From Octopus vulgaris (taxonomy: Eukaryota), in assembly GCA_951406725.2 (NCBI GenBank), contig OX597819.1, forward strand, positions 65,162,001 through 65,226,000: a DNA stretch of 64,000 nt. The letters are read 5' to 3'. The position numbers were made by a program, and so were the translations under genes. Shown here one piece after another: positions 50,642 through 64,000 of this stretch; position 1 is the stretch's first letter; every line of letters begins with the position of its first letter. The notes below the pieces were generated by a model. It was not told the origin of the DNA. It ran no database searches and was given only the letters and a program-made list of their open reading frames with translations.

Positions 50642-53432
50642 TCATATATTACGGATACCATTAACGCGTCCTGCACACTGGATGTTTCAAGTTACATATT
50701 ATTTAAATTATATTCACACACACACACAAACACACAATCACACAAGCACATTCATATCATATATGTACAACATTGTAAGATTGTAAGAATATATGCGTGT
50801 TAGTATATATGTATAAATACATACATATACATATATATATATGTGTGTGTATATATATATATATGTGGGTGTGTGTGTGTGTGTGTGTGTGTATGTATGC
50901 ATGTGCACATATATAAAAAATCGTGTATGTATGCTTCCATATATGCATATGTATGTATTTCCCTGTTCTTCAATTATTTGTATCAGTGATTGTGATGCAC
51001 GGAGCATAGTAAGCTAAGAAATCGTCTTAATGCCTAGTATTTAAGCTGATGTGTGTTTTTCCCTCGGGAAGTGGGTGAATTACAGCAATACATTTTGTTC
51101 ACTATTCTCAGATGACATTCACATTCAAAAATTTACTTGAAAATATAGATTCATGAGAATAAATTCCCTTGAGGCCATTACTGCATTTTGTCTGTAAAAT
51201 CCGTAGCATTTTGGATTATTTATTATGGTTTCAAACTAAATGTGCTATGTTTAGCTTCACCTCTTAATATCAAAGAAATAATACCTCTGATCGTAATACA
51301 GAAATACTGAAGAACGACTGTCATCTATATTTTATACTTAATGTATAGGAACCATTAGAAGGCATTATGCAGTAGAATTATCTAAGATAAAATCTCATCA
51401 TCGATTTTTGCATGAAAGACAATATCTTTCCGAATGAAGTGAATACCGAGAACGACAGATGCTTTTCGCTGCTTTTAAGGCATGACAGTGCTGTGCACTC
51501 AGTTGTGACCTGCTTCAGCAAAATGTATGCTTCGAGCTATAGGATACAGTAAATATAGCATTCAATGATATTTCGGAAGCTTGCCAAAATTTAGAACAAA
51601 TTTCGGTGCATGCCATAGAAAGGCAGTTAAATTAATATCCCCATCTGTGTATCATACTAAATGTATTCACACCATTACAAGGAGTGATGCCATGAACAGC
51701 TTTGTATAAAAGCTCTTCATAAACTTGTGTTAAGAATACAATATATAGGTAAGCGAAACAGTCGTCGTTGCTGCAGTGACACACGATAACGAGGGATATG
51801 TTTTGTTTTTCTTGAATGTTGTCAGTGCCGTTCACACCGTGATCCGCTGCTTAAATGGAATTTATTAATTGATAAATAGGAAACGGTGAATAAGCCATTT
51901 ATTGATGTTCTGGAAGCTTGGCAGGCTGTAGGAACAGGTTCCGGTGTAGACAATTAAAACAGTATTAAATTGGAATCAACATCTGAGTCATATATATGTA
52001 ATTATTATTGAGCATGAAGTTGTGGAACTGCCTGGAATAAAATCTTCTAATATGCCTGTTTTTAAACAATATATAGCGGTAGGGTGTAGGCGCAGGAGGT
52101 AGCGTTTAGGGTGTTGGCATCAGGATAACAAGATCTCATGATACTCTACGATTCCTTCTGCACCTCACGTGGGGTAAACCGTACCACGTCCTCAGGCAAC
52201 GTCGATTTGATGGTAGGTGAGATTTAATGACAACACATACATTCGATAACTATAAACAAATGGTTAGTGCAGGTTATTAAGGAAAAAAATTGCAGAACCA
52301 TCTTTCTCGTGCTACCAGAGACTACCATTATATCGGAGCAACAACCTATTTAGAATCAACAAGAGAAAAATTTTATCATGTGGCATACGTAGCGTACTCC
52401 AGTCGTTTTGCTTCGTCAAAGTCTTCCCAGCAGCTATTTATCTGCACATGTTTCATGTTAAGCATCATCTTCACGAATGTTGAAAATTCAAAGGAGATTT
52501 CAAATATATGGGCAGTTTCATCTCTTCTCTAGTCTGACATTGGAAGAAAAAGAAAATCATTAATAAATTCCTTCGTGTTATCGTGTAACCTGTATGACGT
52601 CCATTTTGTTTCACATCATCTGTTCATATGGACGTGCGTGCAGAAGTAATTACATCTATTCCCTTAAGTACGTTCGATGATTTGAAGTAGTATTCATACA
52701 GAGATATTAATGATTTGCTACATTTAAAAGCTCCCTAAAATTTCTCATTGATCGTATTTTACGTTAAGCTAATCACCATAAATTCCATATGAGAATAAAT
52801 TAAATTTCTGAATAGATACCTTTAATGAAAAAAGGTGAAGCGATTTAATGAATATAACGTAATCTAACGATTAATTCAAAATTCATTTTTATTTGTTTAT
52901 TCAAAATTTATTGAGTGATTTATTTATTTATTCATTTTTAGTGAAATCAGGTCGGGAAAGGGGAAAGCTACGAAAGAGAATAAGATGGTGGAAACACATC
53001 ATAATTATTGAACAGTTAATGTCACGTGATTGAAAATTAATCTTCAATTTTCAAGATTAAAAATGAGGGAGAAAATTTAATGAGGAAGCAAAATTTGAAT
53101 TAAAGAAAAAATACTTAATGAACGTAATGTGGAAAATACACAAAATGGAGAATGTGAAATGAACGAGAAAGAATAGGTGAAAATAAAAACAGAAAGAAAA
53201 TCGCAGTTTGATTTTTGAAGGATGGTTATATATCAGTCTTGCATGTGAATGATGATGCGGTCGTCGATGATGATGATGTTGATGCTGAAAGAATGATAAT
53301 GAGGACAGCAATAAGGATGATGATGATGATGATAAAGCAATTTATTTTAGCATCTATTGTATTATGTACATGATTTCATGTATTTTAAATTTATGCCATT
53401 GTTATATTACATTCACTGTGTTTGGTTTTGAA

Positions 53433-53478
<46 letters not shown>

Positions 53479-53497
53479 TCATATATACATAAACACT

Positions 53498-53551
<54 letters not shown>

Positions 53552-54996
53552 ATATATATATATATATATTGATAGATAGATGGATAAATAAATAGACAGG
53601 TAGATAGATATGTGTATATATGTGTTGTCTGTGTGTGTGCATTATGTGTATTTCCAGTCTAAATATGTTTTCATAATGGCTGCACTAGCATCACCAATAT
53701 TATTATCATTTTTAATATTATTATCAATATCACCCCCACATGATATGTATTATCCGCAAGTAGTTCGCTAATTGTTCAGCCCCATTCAGCAGTCATTGAT
53801 CAGAGCACGTAGATAGTACGACGTTGAACTATGATTCGTTGACACACGAATCGTTTCATCTATGTCTTACATCTAACTAAGGGTCGATCATACTATCTTC
53901 AGTATTTCGTTCATTAACTATTGTCGATAATAATCAAATTCATTAATTTAGAGGATTCTAATATTTAATCCATGCTTAATAATAGAGTAACCAACAGAAA
54001 AAGAGTTAACAAATCTGAAAATATCTGAAACTACTGTTACACTACTCTTCGAACACAATTATTAGCAGTAATTTGAGCTGTAGTGTGGGAAAATCACAAT
54101 GATTTTCATTGACAAGGAATGTATTGTACAGCGGATGACTGCATTCCATAGGGTTACTACAAAGAGCCTGAAAATTCCTTCCCTAATTATATTCAGATAT
54201 TATAAACTGAAATACAGTTCTGTATTTAAGAGATGAGGAATTATGTACATTATTTACATCGAGCTGAAAATTGGCAGCGACACTAAATACGTGGTGAGGA
54301 TGAGACCCGCGATGGTTAAAATTCGCAAGCTATAAAGATGTGGTTGCTATCGCAAACAGTGAAAATTCATCGTCTTTTAACGGACTTTGACAAGTGTTTG
54401 TTGTTCCTCTCTTACGGTTATCACCCTTTCTTCTTCCATCTCTCTCTTTCCCCCTTCCTTTCTCATTATCTCTATAAAGGCTTTTGACAGTTTCTACTCA
54501 CTCTCTTTCCCTCTCCGTATTCGCTGTCTCTCTGTCGCTCTTTCCCCCCCCCCAGCCTCGCTCTCTCTCTCCCTCTTTATTTGTACGTCTTTCTATTTCT
54601 ATAGAGAGAAAGCGTTGACAACTGCAAGTGTGATTAATGGAGAGGAATAAAATAGTAAATTATTATATTGTGTCGGAAATATATTTCCCTCTCTTGAAGT
54701 TTAAATATTCCTGCTACAGGGCTTTTACAACGGTGAATTATTATCGCCCACCACCACCGCACAATAATGATAACATATATTATTAATCAGATATTCACTA
54801 TGTTAATTTATATATGTTTCTGTGTGTATAAATATATATATATATATATAATGTGTACATATATAAAGTGTATATATCGATATTTGAATATATATATGTG
54901 CGTGTATGTATATATATAATGTGTATACATATGTATACATAATGCGTATATATGTGCATATATATTCAATGCGTATGTATATATATAATGTGTGCA

Positions 54997-55160
54997 TATG
55001 TGGTCGGACTGAGTTGAAAATTTGCACATCTATGTTAAAAGTGCTGGCGAGTTTGCATAGCAATTTTGAGTTTCCCCATTTGAAACGCGTGGCCTCCAGA
55101 GCAACATTCTTCATCTTTTAAAACGTGGGCCACGTAGACCCGAATGAAACTGAGTTATAA
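54997..55160. repeat. Interspersed repeat; inverted copy at ~62488-62647
   Basis: CTATGTTAAAAGTGCTGGCGAGTTTGCAT versus ATGCAAACTCGCCAGCACTTTTAACATAG. Confidence 0.8.
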
Positions 55161-55184
55161 TACCGTAACAAGTAAATAACACAC

Positions 55185-55445
55185 TTATGTACTTTCGTAC
55201 ATAAGTGTGTTGCATGTATTTATCTTTTCGCCTCCCTTCATGTCTATTCGTGGGTCAAAGTGGCAGGTAACATCAACTGTATAGAATATGCGGTGCATCA
55301 TTTCCTCCACCACTAGGTCCGGTCTGTTATGCTCTAGCGCCTGATCGGTTTGTATTGGGAATTCCCAGACGATTTTGCTTATCTCCAACTCCACCGCTGT
55401 CTGCTGTTTGTGCTCATAGTAGTATTGCCTCTGTCTGGCTCCAGC
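55185..55445 (-). mobile_element. RLE-type non-LTR retrotransposon fragment
   Basis: 'KIVWEFPIQTDQALEHNRPDLVV..TVDVTCHFD' matches the restriction-like endonuclease PD..D motif. Confidence 0.7.
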
Positions 55446-55716
55446 GTTTCGCACGGTTTCCAAAATAGCAAAATACTACAGAATTTACAAAGATGTCGTC
55501 TTTCAAGCCAGAGCATTTCTTAAACTGTAGGAAATGTGCTCCAGTATGGAACTACAGACCATCATTGAATAGTTGCTATAGTTTTCGTGGCCCATAACCT
55601 AAGAATTGATAGACACTTCTTCATATTCTGTTCTCTCCCCGCTTTGTAAAACCAAACTTACACACACACACACAAGCACACTCACATATACACACATACA
55701 CAAGCGCACAATTAAG

Positions 55717-55778
<62 letters not shown>

Positions 55779-56317
55779 TATATGCATATATATTTATATG
55801 TACATATGTATACATCCGTGTGTATACGTGTACATATATACATACGTATTCGCAAACACGCACGCATATGCCGATGGAAGTATGCGTTCATGCGGGATTC
55901 TATACGACATCATTTTCATCCAATTATTCCAGGCAATCGCTACATGAATCCATACTGTGAAATATGCAGTATTCAATTCCTGTCACTTTAAATGAATTCC
56001 AAGCACGGGAACGACATGCTCATTCCTGGCAATGATACATAATTCACGCTGTGCTATTTAGAGAGGAGAAATGCTTTTTACTTATGAATATGTCAGACGA
56101 AAATATTGAACTTAGATATTACAGTGTGTACTGAATCGTATAGTTTGAAGTATTTGAATAAATAACTCTATGTTAACAGTTCAAATGCTGTTCTGCTAAA
56201 TTTTAAAATTCATCGTTTCGAGATTGTGTATGCAACTGCAAGAGATTAAATAATAGGTTAAATAAAATATGTTGTACACCAAAATAATCTTAAACCATTA
56301 ATTGACTCAAAGAAAAT

Positions 56318-56672
56318 ACTCTTTTCTACTCTAGGCACAAAGCTCAAAAGTTTGGAGATGAGGCCACTCGATTAGATCAACCCCAATATGCAAATGGTAC
56401 TTAATTTATCGACCCCGAAAGGATAAAAGGCAAAGTCGACCTCGGCAGAATTTAAACTCAGGACGTAAAGACAGATGAACTATCGCTCAGCATTTCCACC
56501 GGCGTGCTAACGTCTCTCATTTCTTTATTGCCCACAAGGGGCTACACATTGAAGGGGCAAGCCAGGAAAAACAAAGGGATTTAGACGATTACATCGACCC
56601 TAGTGCATAACTGGTACTTAATTTATCGACACCGAATGAATGAAAGGCAAAGTCTCTGCCAGCTCGCCGCCT
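56318..56672 (-). mobile_element. Two abutting or nested SINE family B copies
   Basis: GGTACTTAATTTATCGAC occurs twice; terminal GCCAGCTCGCCGCC; flanked by repeated TTGACTCAAAGAAA (possible TSD at ~56302 and ~56672). Confidence 0.75.
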
Positions 56673-56717
56673 TGACTCAAAGAAATTACTAAAAGTATAA
56701 AAATGTTAAGTTTTTAT

Positions 56718-56941
56718 ATACTCTTTTACTCTTTATACTCTTTTATTTGTTTTAGTCATATAACTGAGGCCATACTGGAGCACCGCCTTTAGTCGAGCAC
56801 ATCGACCCCAGGACTTATTCTTTGTAAGCCTAGTACGTATTCTATCGGTCACTTTTGCCGAATCGCTAAGTTACTGGGAAGTAAATACACCAGCATCGGT
56901 TGTCAAGCGATGTTGTGGCGGACAAACACAGACAAAAACAT

Positions 56942-56996
<55 letters not shown>

Positions 56997-57100
56997 TACA
57001 TACGGCTATAATAGAAGACACTTCTCCAAGGTGACACGCAGTGGGACTGAACCCAGAACCATGTAGTTCTTAAGCAAGCTACTTAACTCACAGGCCACCT
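56718..57100 (-). mobile_element. SINE family A
   Basis: GAGCACCGCCTTTAGTCGAGC..CGCAGTGGGACTGAACCC. Confidence 0.85.
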
Positions 57101-58618
57101 CATTCACTTGCTATATGTCTAACAAGAAGTAAAATTTGTTCAAATTCAAAAACGATAATCAAATGTATAGACATCATGGAGTTGCAAAATATAGAACACT
57201 AAGATGAAACTAATGCCTGCAAAATGGGAATGTGGGTGAAAGTGAATTATTTCGGATTTCGTTCTGTTTTTTTTTTTTTTTTTGTATCTTCATTTATTAC
57301 TGTTGGATCAACTCTTGGATTAAAAACTAGTCAGAATATTGGTTGCTGAATTTGAGAGAGAATGAAATATCATCATCAGACAGATGTTTTTTCTTCAAGA
57401 AATTCTTCCTCAAATTTGACCGGATTTAATTTAGTTTAATTTCAATAATTTATTATCTTTAACAACATGGTTCGTATATATACATATAGCAGGGAGAAAG
57501 ACATTACAGCAGATTGTAAAGAAGCTATAGAGAATATTTTATGCTTAGCTTTTAGATTTAATTGAGATTCCTAAATTTCATATCATGTACCATATTTCAA
57601 AAATACCCTTCATTTTAAATATTCGCAAGTTGAATATTTTATATATATATATTATTCTTTTTGCATTTCTAATCCCCCTCGTGTCTAGAGATGGATATTA
57701 ATACGTATGAGTCTTCTTTAAGCTTAAGTCTCGAAAATGAAAGAAGCATCTAACCTTACTTACACTTCTTCATTTGCTCCTACTTCAATTTGTCATTTGC
57801 ATGATCAAATAGAACATACACAAATTTATGAAATAGTGTTCTAAATATGTTAAAGTCTTTAAATACACTTACATGAGGTTTAACTGACGTAGCTTTGGGA
57901 AGAAGGTGAAAATTTGTAAAAGTTTCTTTTTTTTCTTTTTCTTTCTGAAAGTCTAAAATGCAGTAAGTAAACTGTTGTGTCTCAGTCTATTGCTTTCGTA
58001 TTACTTCAACTAACACAGGAATGGATTACAATGAATGGTAAATAACCAATGAATCTATCTGAGAACACAATATCGTATAACACAGATGTTGCCGAAAATC
58101 AAATGTGAAAATTTCCTACAGCGAAGAACGACATAAACAGCGGAGAAAAAATCCCAGACTCTGACTGAAAAATTTCCATACTACATTTCAGAAATCGATA
58201 TAAATGGGACGCAACTCGAATTATATAAACAATATTAGCAATGATACTGGTGTAAAAAGCGGAATACAGGGACCTTTCAAAATACTCCTTCCTGTTTTGA
58301 ATAACCCCATAACCACAACACCATATGCGGAAATGGACTTGATTTATTGTCACTGAGCTATCTTATTTATGATCGACAGGAATTGTTTGCGTATAACACT
58401 TGCTTATTTGAAAACATTGCGGAAACAATTTCGACCGTAATTTCTTATATTCAATCGGTCAGCTGATTGCAGAGTCGAGCAGAAATGTATGAAACCAATG
58501 TTCGGATGTTATATAATTCCTGTTAACTCACACGTGAACAAGCTCTCTCTCTCCTTCTTCCCTTATATCTCACTCCAATTATCTGCCTTTCTCTCCCTTT
58601 GAACACACATATATATGC

Positions 58619-58676
<58 letters not shown>

Positions 58677-58763
58677 ATGTATATATATGTATATATATAT
58701 ATGTATATATATGTATATATATATGTATATATATGTATATATATTTATATGTATATATATATG

Positions 58764-58805
<42 letters not shown>

Positions 58806-58818
58806 CATACATACATAC

Positions 58819-58873
<55 letters not shown>

Positions 58874-59948
58874 CTGTCCTGTTTGAATCGAGTAACATTA
58901 CGTGACAGAAAACAAAATATATTTGCCACATTAAGAATTTTACCTGCCGCGAACAAGAAAAAAAAATTTTAATATTAAAGAATATGTTAAAGAGATAAAA
59001 AAAATGGTAATATGAGATGCAGCCAATAAAAAGTAGAAGGCGTATATTAAACACATCGTATCACACAAGATCTCCACCAATACCAAATTCCAATGGGAAT
59101 TCTGCATGTAATTTACTAGTTATTGGTATTTTCGCGCTTCAGAAAACTTTGGCAGACAATTTGCAAAAGAATTCTATATGCCATTTATTTTGTAATTAAT
59201 TTATATATATATATATATACATATCAACACACACACTTACACTCATGCACATGCATACACACAAGAACATATATATAACAAACACACATTCATACATATA
59301 TACGTATATATGTATGTGTGTGTGCATGTGTGTGTAGGTATATGAATATATATTCGAGTAAACAGAGGTGGAGCGATAAATAGAAATTGCGGTTTGTTCA
59401 AATGTTCAAAGATATAAAGAAATTATACATTGTATATTGCGATTAAATTGAAATTGAAAATTTGGATAAGTTTTCGAAAAATTTAATATATTTTAGACGT
59501 ATGTATAAAGAGTTTTGGAGAATTTCAAGACGTATGTATATATGTGTTTGTATATGGTCTATATGTGTGTGTGTGAAGTTTGACTGTGTATGTATATGCA
59601 TACATAAGTACACAGCATTATATAGATATATGTAGGTATGTACTCGCGTGCAAGCAGCTTTCTGTATGCGTTTTCTGCATATAAATGTGTGTGTCTGTAT
59701 ATCCGAATATCTTTTCTTGCGATTAATACGGGTGAATTGTTTTTATGCAGATTCTGTTCGTTTGAATCCTTTTTAAATGCATTTTAATGAGAAACAAGGA
59801 ATTCGAATTGAAATCTTGTTCGATGGAGATTAATTATATACAACATACAGTTTTCGACGTACGCAAGCAAATATATAATAAGAAATAAAAATAGGCCAGT
59901 GTTGTATGAAATCTGTTTGCTTTACATATAGAAATATATGTATATGTG

Positions 59949-60041
<93 letters not shown>

Positions 60042-60229
60042 ATGTGTGTGTGTATGCCTTCCCCCACTCACCACATTTATAAGCTTACATGTAAGTTCAC
60101 ACACGCAGAAAATCTTATAGTGGCCCTCTACTTCACATACAAATATACATATGTGTGGTTTAGAACACACATTTAGAACACACAGATCAATCTATATACT
60201 TGCACACACATGATTCGTCAGTCATTCAC

Positions 60230-60580
60230 ATTACCTTTCCCCAACCTGGCGCTCCTGCTTGAGAACTTTCACAACACCTATCAGAGGCATAGATGCGCGA
60301 CTACATCATAAACACACACACAAACATGCAAAAACTTACAATAACATACTGGTCTCCTACTTCCCTACCAAAGACTATTTATTCCGATAAAACACACGCG
60401 CATACAAACATACAAATGTGCATATTCGCACGCATACATTTTATATTGTCCCCTTATCATCTTTCCTCCAACCGGCTATTTCAAAAACCCACCGTTGTAT
60501 CACGATACTTTGTCACCTCCATTTGTCCAACCATATTACAACACAGGAGTTTACCGCTAGTTTTGTCACTACCCCAGTTT
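60230..60580 (+). mobile_element. Possible Penelope-like RT/linker relic
   Basis: 'ITYWSPTSLPK..RLFQKPTVVSR' loosely resembles the PLE 'TYHP..IF..PP.V..RR' region. Confidence 0.3.
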
Positions 60581-60784
60581 CTGATTCTTGTCTTTTGAAA
60601 AATAAAACACATTTTTCTTTATTTCAACCGTCTATATGTTCAAACACATACTCAGACTTTACTTCTAAAATTTTACACTGTTCTTCTGTGGATCCCAAAT
60701 TTTTTTCCCGAAATTCTTAATCTTTTCATTGATTGCTTTTATTCGTGTGTGTGTGTGTGTATGTGTGTGTGTGTATGTGTGTGT

Positions 60785-60825
<41 letters not shown>

Positions 60826-61040
60826 TCTTTCTGTTCTTTTTTTTTTTCACTATCCAGTATCCTGGTTTTTTAAATGTATCTAACAGGTAATCTAAGTCTG
60901 AAAGGTTGCTTAGAGATACACATTGTGGTTTATAAATGAGCCTATTTAAAGTATCGAAACAACTATGGGACTTTTTATAGCTATTTCGTATAGATGTATA
61001 TGTCTGTATATACATACATACATACATATATATATATACA

Positions 61041-61262
61041 TGCGGTGAGCTGGCAGAATCGTTAGCACGCAGGGCGAAATGCGTAGCCGTATTTCGTCTG
61101 CTGTCACGTGTTCTGGGTTCAAATTCCGCCGAGGTCGACTTTGCCTTTCATCCTTTCGGGGTCGATAAATTAAGTACCAGTTACGCACTGGGGTCGATAT
61201 AATCGACTTAATCCCTTTGTTTGTCCCCTCTATGTTTAGCCCCTTGTGGGTAGTAAAGAAAT
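61041..61262 (+). mobile_element. SINE family B
   Basis: GCGGTGAGCTGGCAGAATCGTTAGCACG..GGGTTCAAATTCCGCCGAGGTCGAC. Confidence 0.9.
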
Positions 61263-61329
61263 ATTTATATATATACATGCATACGTAAATATATATGCAT
61301 ATATTCATACATATGTAAACACATACACG

Positions 61330-61373
<44 letters not shown>

Positions 61374-61459
61374 TATATATATATATATGCATATATTCAT
61401 ACATATGTAAACACATACACGCTTATATATATATATATATATATACATACACACACACA

Positions 61460-61493
<34 letters not shown>

Positions 61494-61525
61494 CTAGCTT
61501 AAGGTGACCCGCTCTACGCGCGAGT
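61494..61525 (-). mobile_element. Probable 3' terminus of a second (non-autonomous) Helitron
   Basis: CTAG|T next to (TA)n, with imperfect hairpin ACCCGC..GCGAGT 9 nt inside. Confidence 0.45.
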
Positions 61526-61554
61526 AAGAGTGTGGTTGTTGTTTTCTGTTGCAT

Positions 61555-61866
61555 CCTTTCGGCACGTAAAAAGCACCATCCGAACGTGGCCGATGGCAGC
61601 GCCGCCTTGACTGGCTTCTGTGCCGGTGACACGTAAAAGGCACCAACCGATCGTGGCCGCTGCCAGTGCCCCTCCCCCCGTGGAACGAAAAAGGCACCCA
61701 CTACAATCACAGAGTAGTTGGCGTTAGGAAGGGCATCCAGCTGTTGGAACACTGCCAGATTAGACTGGAGTCTGGTGCAGCCTCCTGGCTTCCCAGACCC
61801 CGGTCAAACCGTCCAACCCATGCTAGCACGGAAAACCGAGGTTAAACGATGATGATGATGATGATT
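61555..61866 (+). mobile_element. RTE-associated SINE/LINE 3' portion with (GAT)n tail
   Basis: GGCGTTAGGAAGGGCATCCAGCTG..GTTAAACGATGATGATG; internal CACGTAAAA(A/G)GCACC repeats. Confidence 0.65.
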
Positions 61867-62650
61867 CAACCTCTTTGTTTCTCTCTCCTTTCTCTCTCCC
61901 TTTCCCACTCTCTTACTCTTCCTTTCTCTCGGACTCTCTATCTTTCTCTATCTATCTCTCTCCAATTTATAAATATCAAAATATCTTGAGTAAGTTGAGA
62001 AAGAAAGTAGTTGGAAAGATCAATCATAAATATCAGGCAGTGACAACGGAAAGGTCTGCTTCAAGGCAGAAAGCAAAACACTAACATTTAAAAGGAACAG
62101 GCGAACTTGCGAGCTGAATAAAAATTTTAAAATATTGGAAACCAAAGTTTGAAAGGATAGAATCTGAGGATAGAAGAGTCACCATGGCTGGCATTTCTTA
62201 ACGACAGACAGTAACATAATGGCAGTTTAACGGCTGGCGTCAAATTTTGAACTTTATGTAAAACAAAATTCGTAAACACCAAGCTTTGAAGTGATTCTTT
62301 CTCAGGACAGTAGACTCACCATGGCAAGCATTCAAAACTTCTTCATCATGGACGGCAGCACATTGACTATTTAAAGGCTGGCGTAAATTTTTAGCTTGAT
62401 ATAACAGAGAATTCCCAAACACCCACTCCTGTAAATTTTCATCTCCTTCAAGCCCCATTTAGACATCTTTTCACATTTTGGTTAATATAAACCGATTTCA
62501 TTCGGGTCTACTCGGGTCACATTTTATAAGATGAGGAATTTTGTCCTAGAGGTCACGCCTTTCATTTGAGGGAAAAAATAATTGACATGCAAACTCGCCA
62601 GCACTTTTAACATAGGGGTGCATATTTTCAGCACAACCGACCACATAATG

Positions 62651-62736
<86 letters not shown>

Positions 62737-62761
62737 ACGCAATATATATACAAATGTATAC

Positions 62762-62830
<69 letters not shown>

Positions 62831-63099
62831 TAAATTAGAGATAAAACCACTATTAGGCAAATCAAACAGTGGAAAACATAAACGAAAAGATAAAAATAAA
62901 AATATAATATACAAAATAAATATAATATAAAATTTAAAAATTTAAATTATTTAAATTTAAAATTAAAATTATTAATTTATATTTATTTTTTTAAAAAATA
63001 ATATATATAACTAGCAAAAAGTATTAAAAAGTTTAATATACATATTTAAATATAGAACACACACACACATATAAATTAACCCAATAAATATTTGATTCA

Positions 63100-63563
63100 T
63101 AATATTTGTTCTCATGATTGTGTAGTTGTGGTGGCGATGATAATTCTGTCTATGAATGCAGACAGACGTAGAGAGAGAGAGTTTGTGCGTGAAAGAGATG
63201 TCGAAGGCGGTGAGGGGGAGCTATAGAGCGCTGTTTTGACGAAGTTATGAAGAGAAAGTGAAGGGGAGTTAGACGCTGTTAAACGACCTTATATATAGAA
63301 AGTGATGGGAAGGGATGGGAAGACAGTGAGTGATGGAGGAAGACAGATACATAAAAGAATGAGAGTAGACTTGTCAAAGTGCGTTTTGGGCCCTAGCAAC
63401 CACACCTATTAAGATGGGGATTTCTAACCTAGCCCGCTGGCATCCTCACCTCATTTTACATGTCCCTGTAATAGTTTGGAGTCAATCCGACGGGATCTAG
63501 TGGCCTTTAACCCGTTCTCAATACCAAAACCGGACAAACAAACAAACATTTCGCATTTCAGAT

Positions 63564-63572
<9 letters not shown>
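63100..63572 (-). mobile_element. Probable 5' part of a non-autonomous Helitron
   Basis: Minus strand begins ..TATTATAAATCTGAAATGCGAAATGTTTGTTTGTTTGTCC, a layout typical of non-autonomous Helitron 5' ends (TATAAA followed by (GTTT)n). Confidence 0.4.
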
Positions 63573-63604
<32 letters not shown>

Positions 63605-64000
63605 CAGAGGCGACTACAGTTCAACGTCGTCACACGCAATCATCACAGATTTCGCAGAAGACACATGTCTGCTCGAACACTTTCACGTTTTTCCGCCTTG
63701 TTTCTAGACCCGAATAGCTTACTTTTTTATATCTAGCACTATGTCGTTCTCCGTTTTTAAGTTAATGATCTTTGCTTACAGAAGCACGGTAGCGGAATGC
63801 ACAATAAACATCAGCGACCTGACTGTCTCATGTACCTTTGACAAGAGACGTGAGTTAATTACTTTTTACCTAATAGGCTCGTTCGTATTAGCCCGAGTTG
63901 CCTGATAAATTTTCGTTCCTTTAAGAATATTGTATAAAGAAACTTTTCATAGATTGGAATGTAAATACTACTATTTATAGAAATATATTGTTTCAAGAAA

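Noticed and set aside
63009-63016. ACTAG as a Helitron 3' end
   Set aside because: No hairpin, and it lies inside the AT-rich repeat shared with 33608-33830

Overview
AT-rich eukaryotic intergenic or intronic DNA, saturated with microsatellites ((TA)n, (CA)n, (TAGA)n, (CATA)n, (TAA)n, (CTA)n) and transposon relics. The tRNA-derived SINE families and overall composition resemble an octopod (cephalopod) genome; this is an inference. No host protein-coding gene can be supported, and most ORF-track entries are microsatellite translations. The main feature is a full-length, GC-richer autonomous-type Helitron on the minus strand (24124-30261). It has intact A|TC...hairpin-CTAG|T termini and a roughly 1,600-codon Rep/PIF1-helicase gene broken by 3 frameshifts and 3 stops, with about 9 N-terminal 23-aa STPR-like repeats. 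It is inserted into a mariner relic. The least obvious signal is a set of unrelated minimal type-I hammerhead-ribozyme-like motifs of the Penelope/retrozyme type (about 8240+, 12480-, 16230+, 39100-). One sits in the loop of a perfect 185-bp inverted repeat, and one has a U3-A8 covariant core. Also present: CR1-like, RTE and R4/Dong-like (microsatellite-associated) LINE fragments, several Tc1/mariner relics and MITEs, four SINE families, and a 436-bp tandem duplication. All calls were made by eye; boundaries of decayed elements are approximate.
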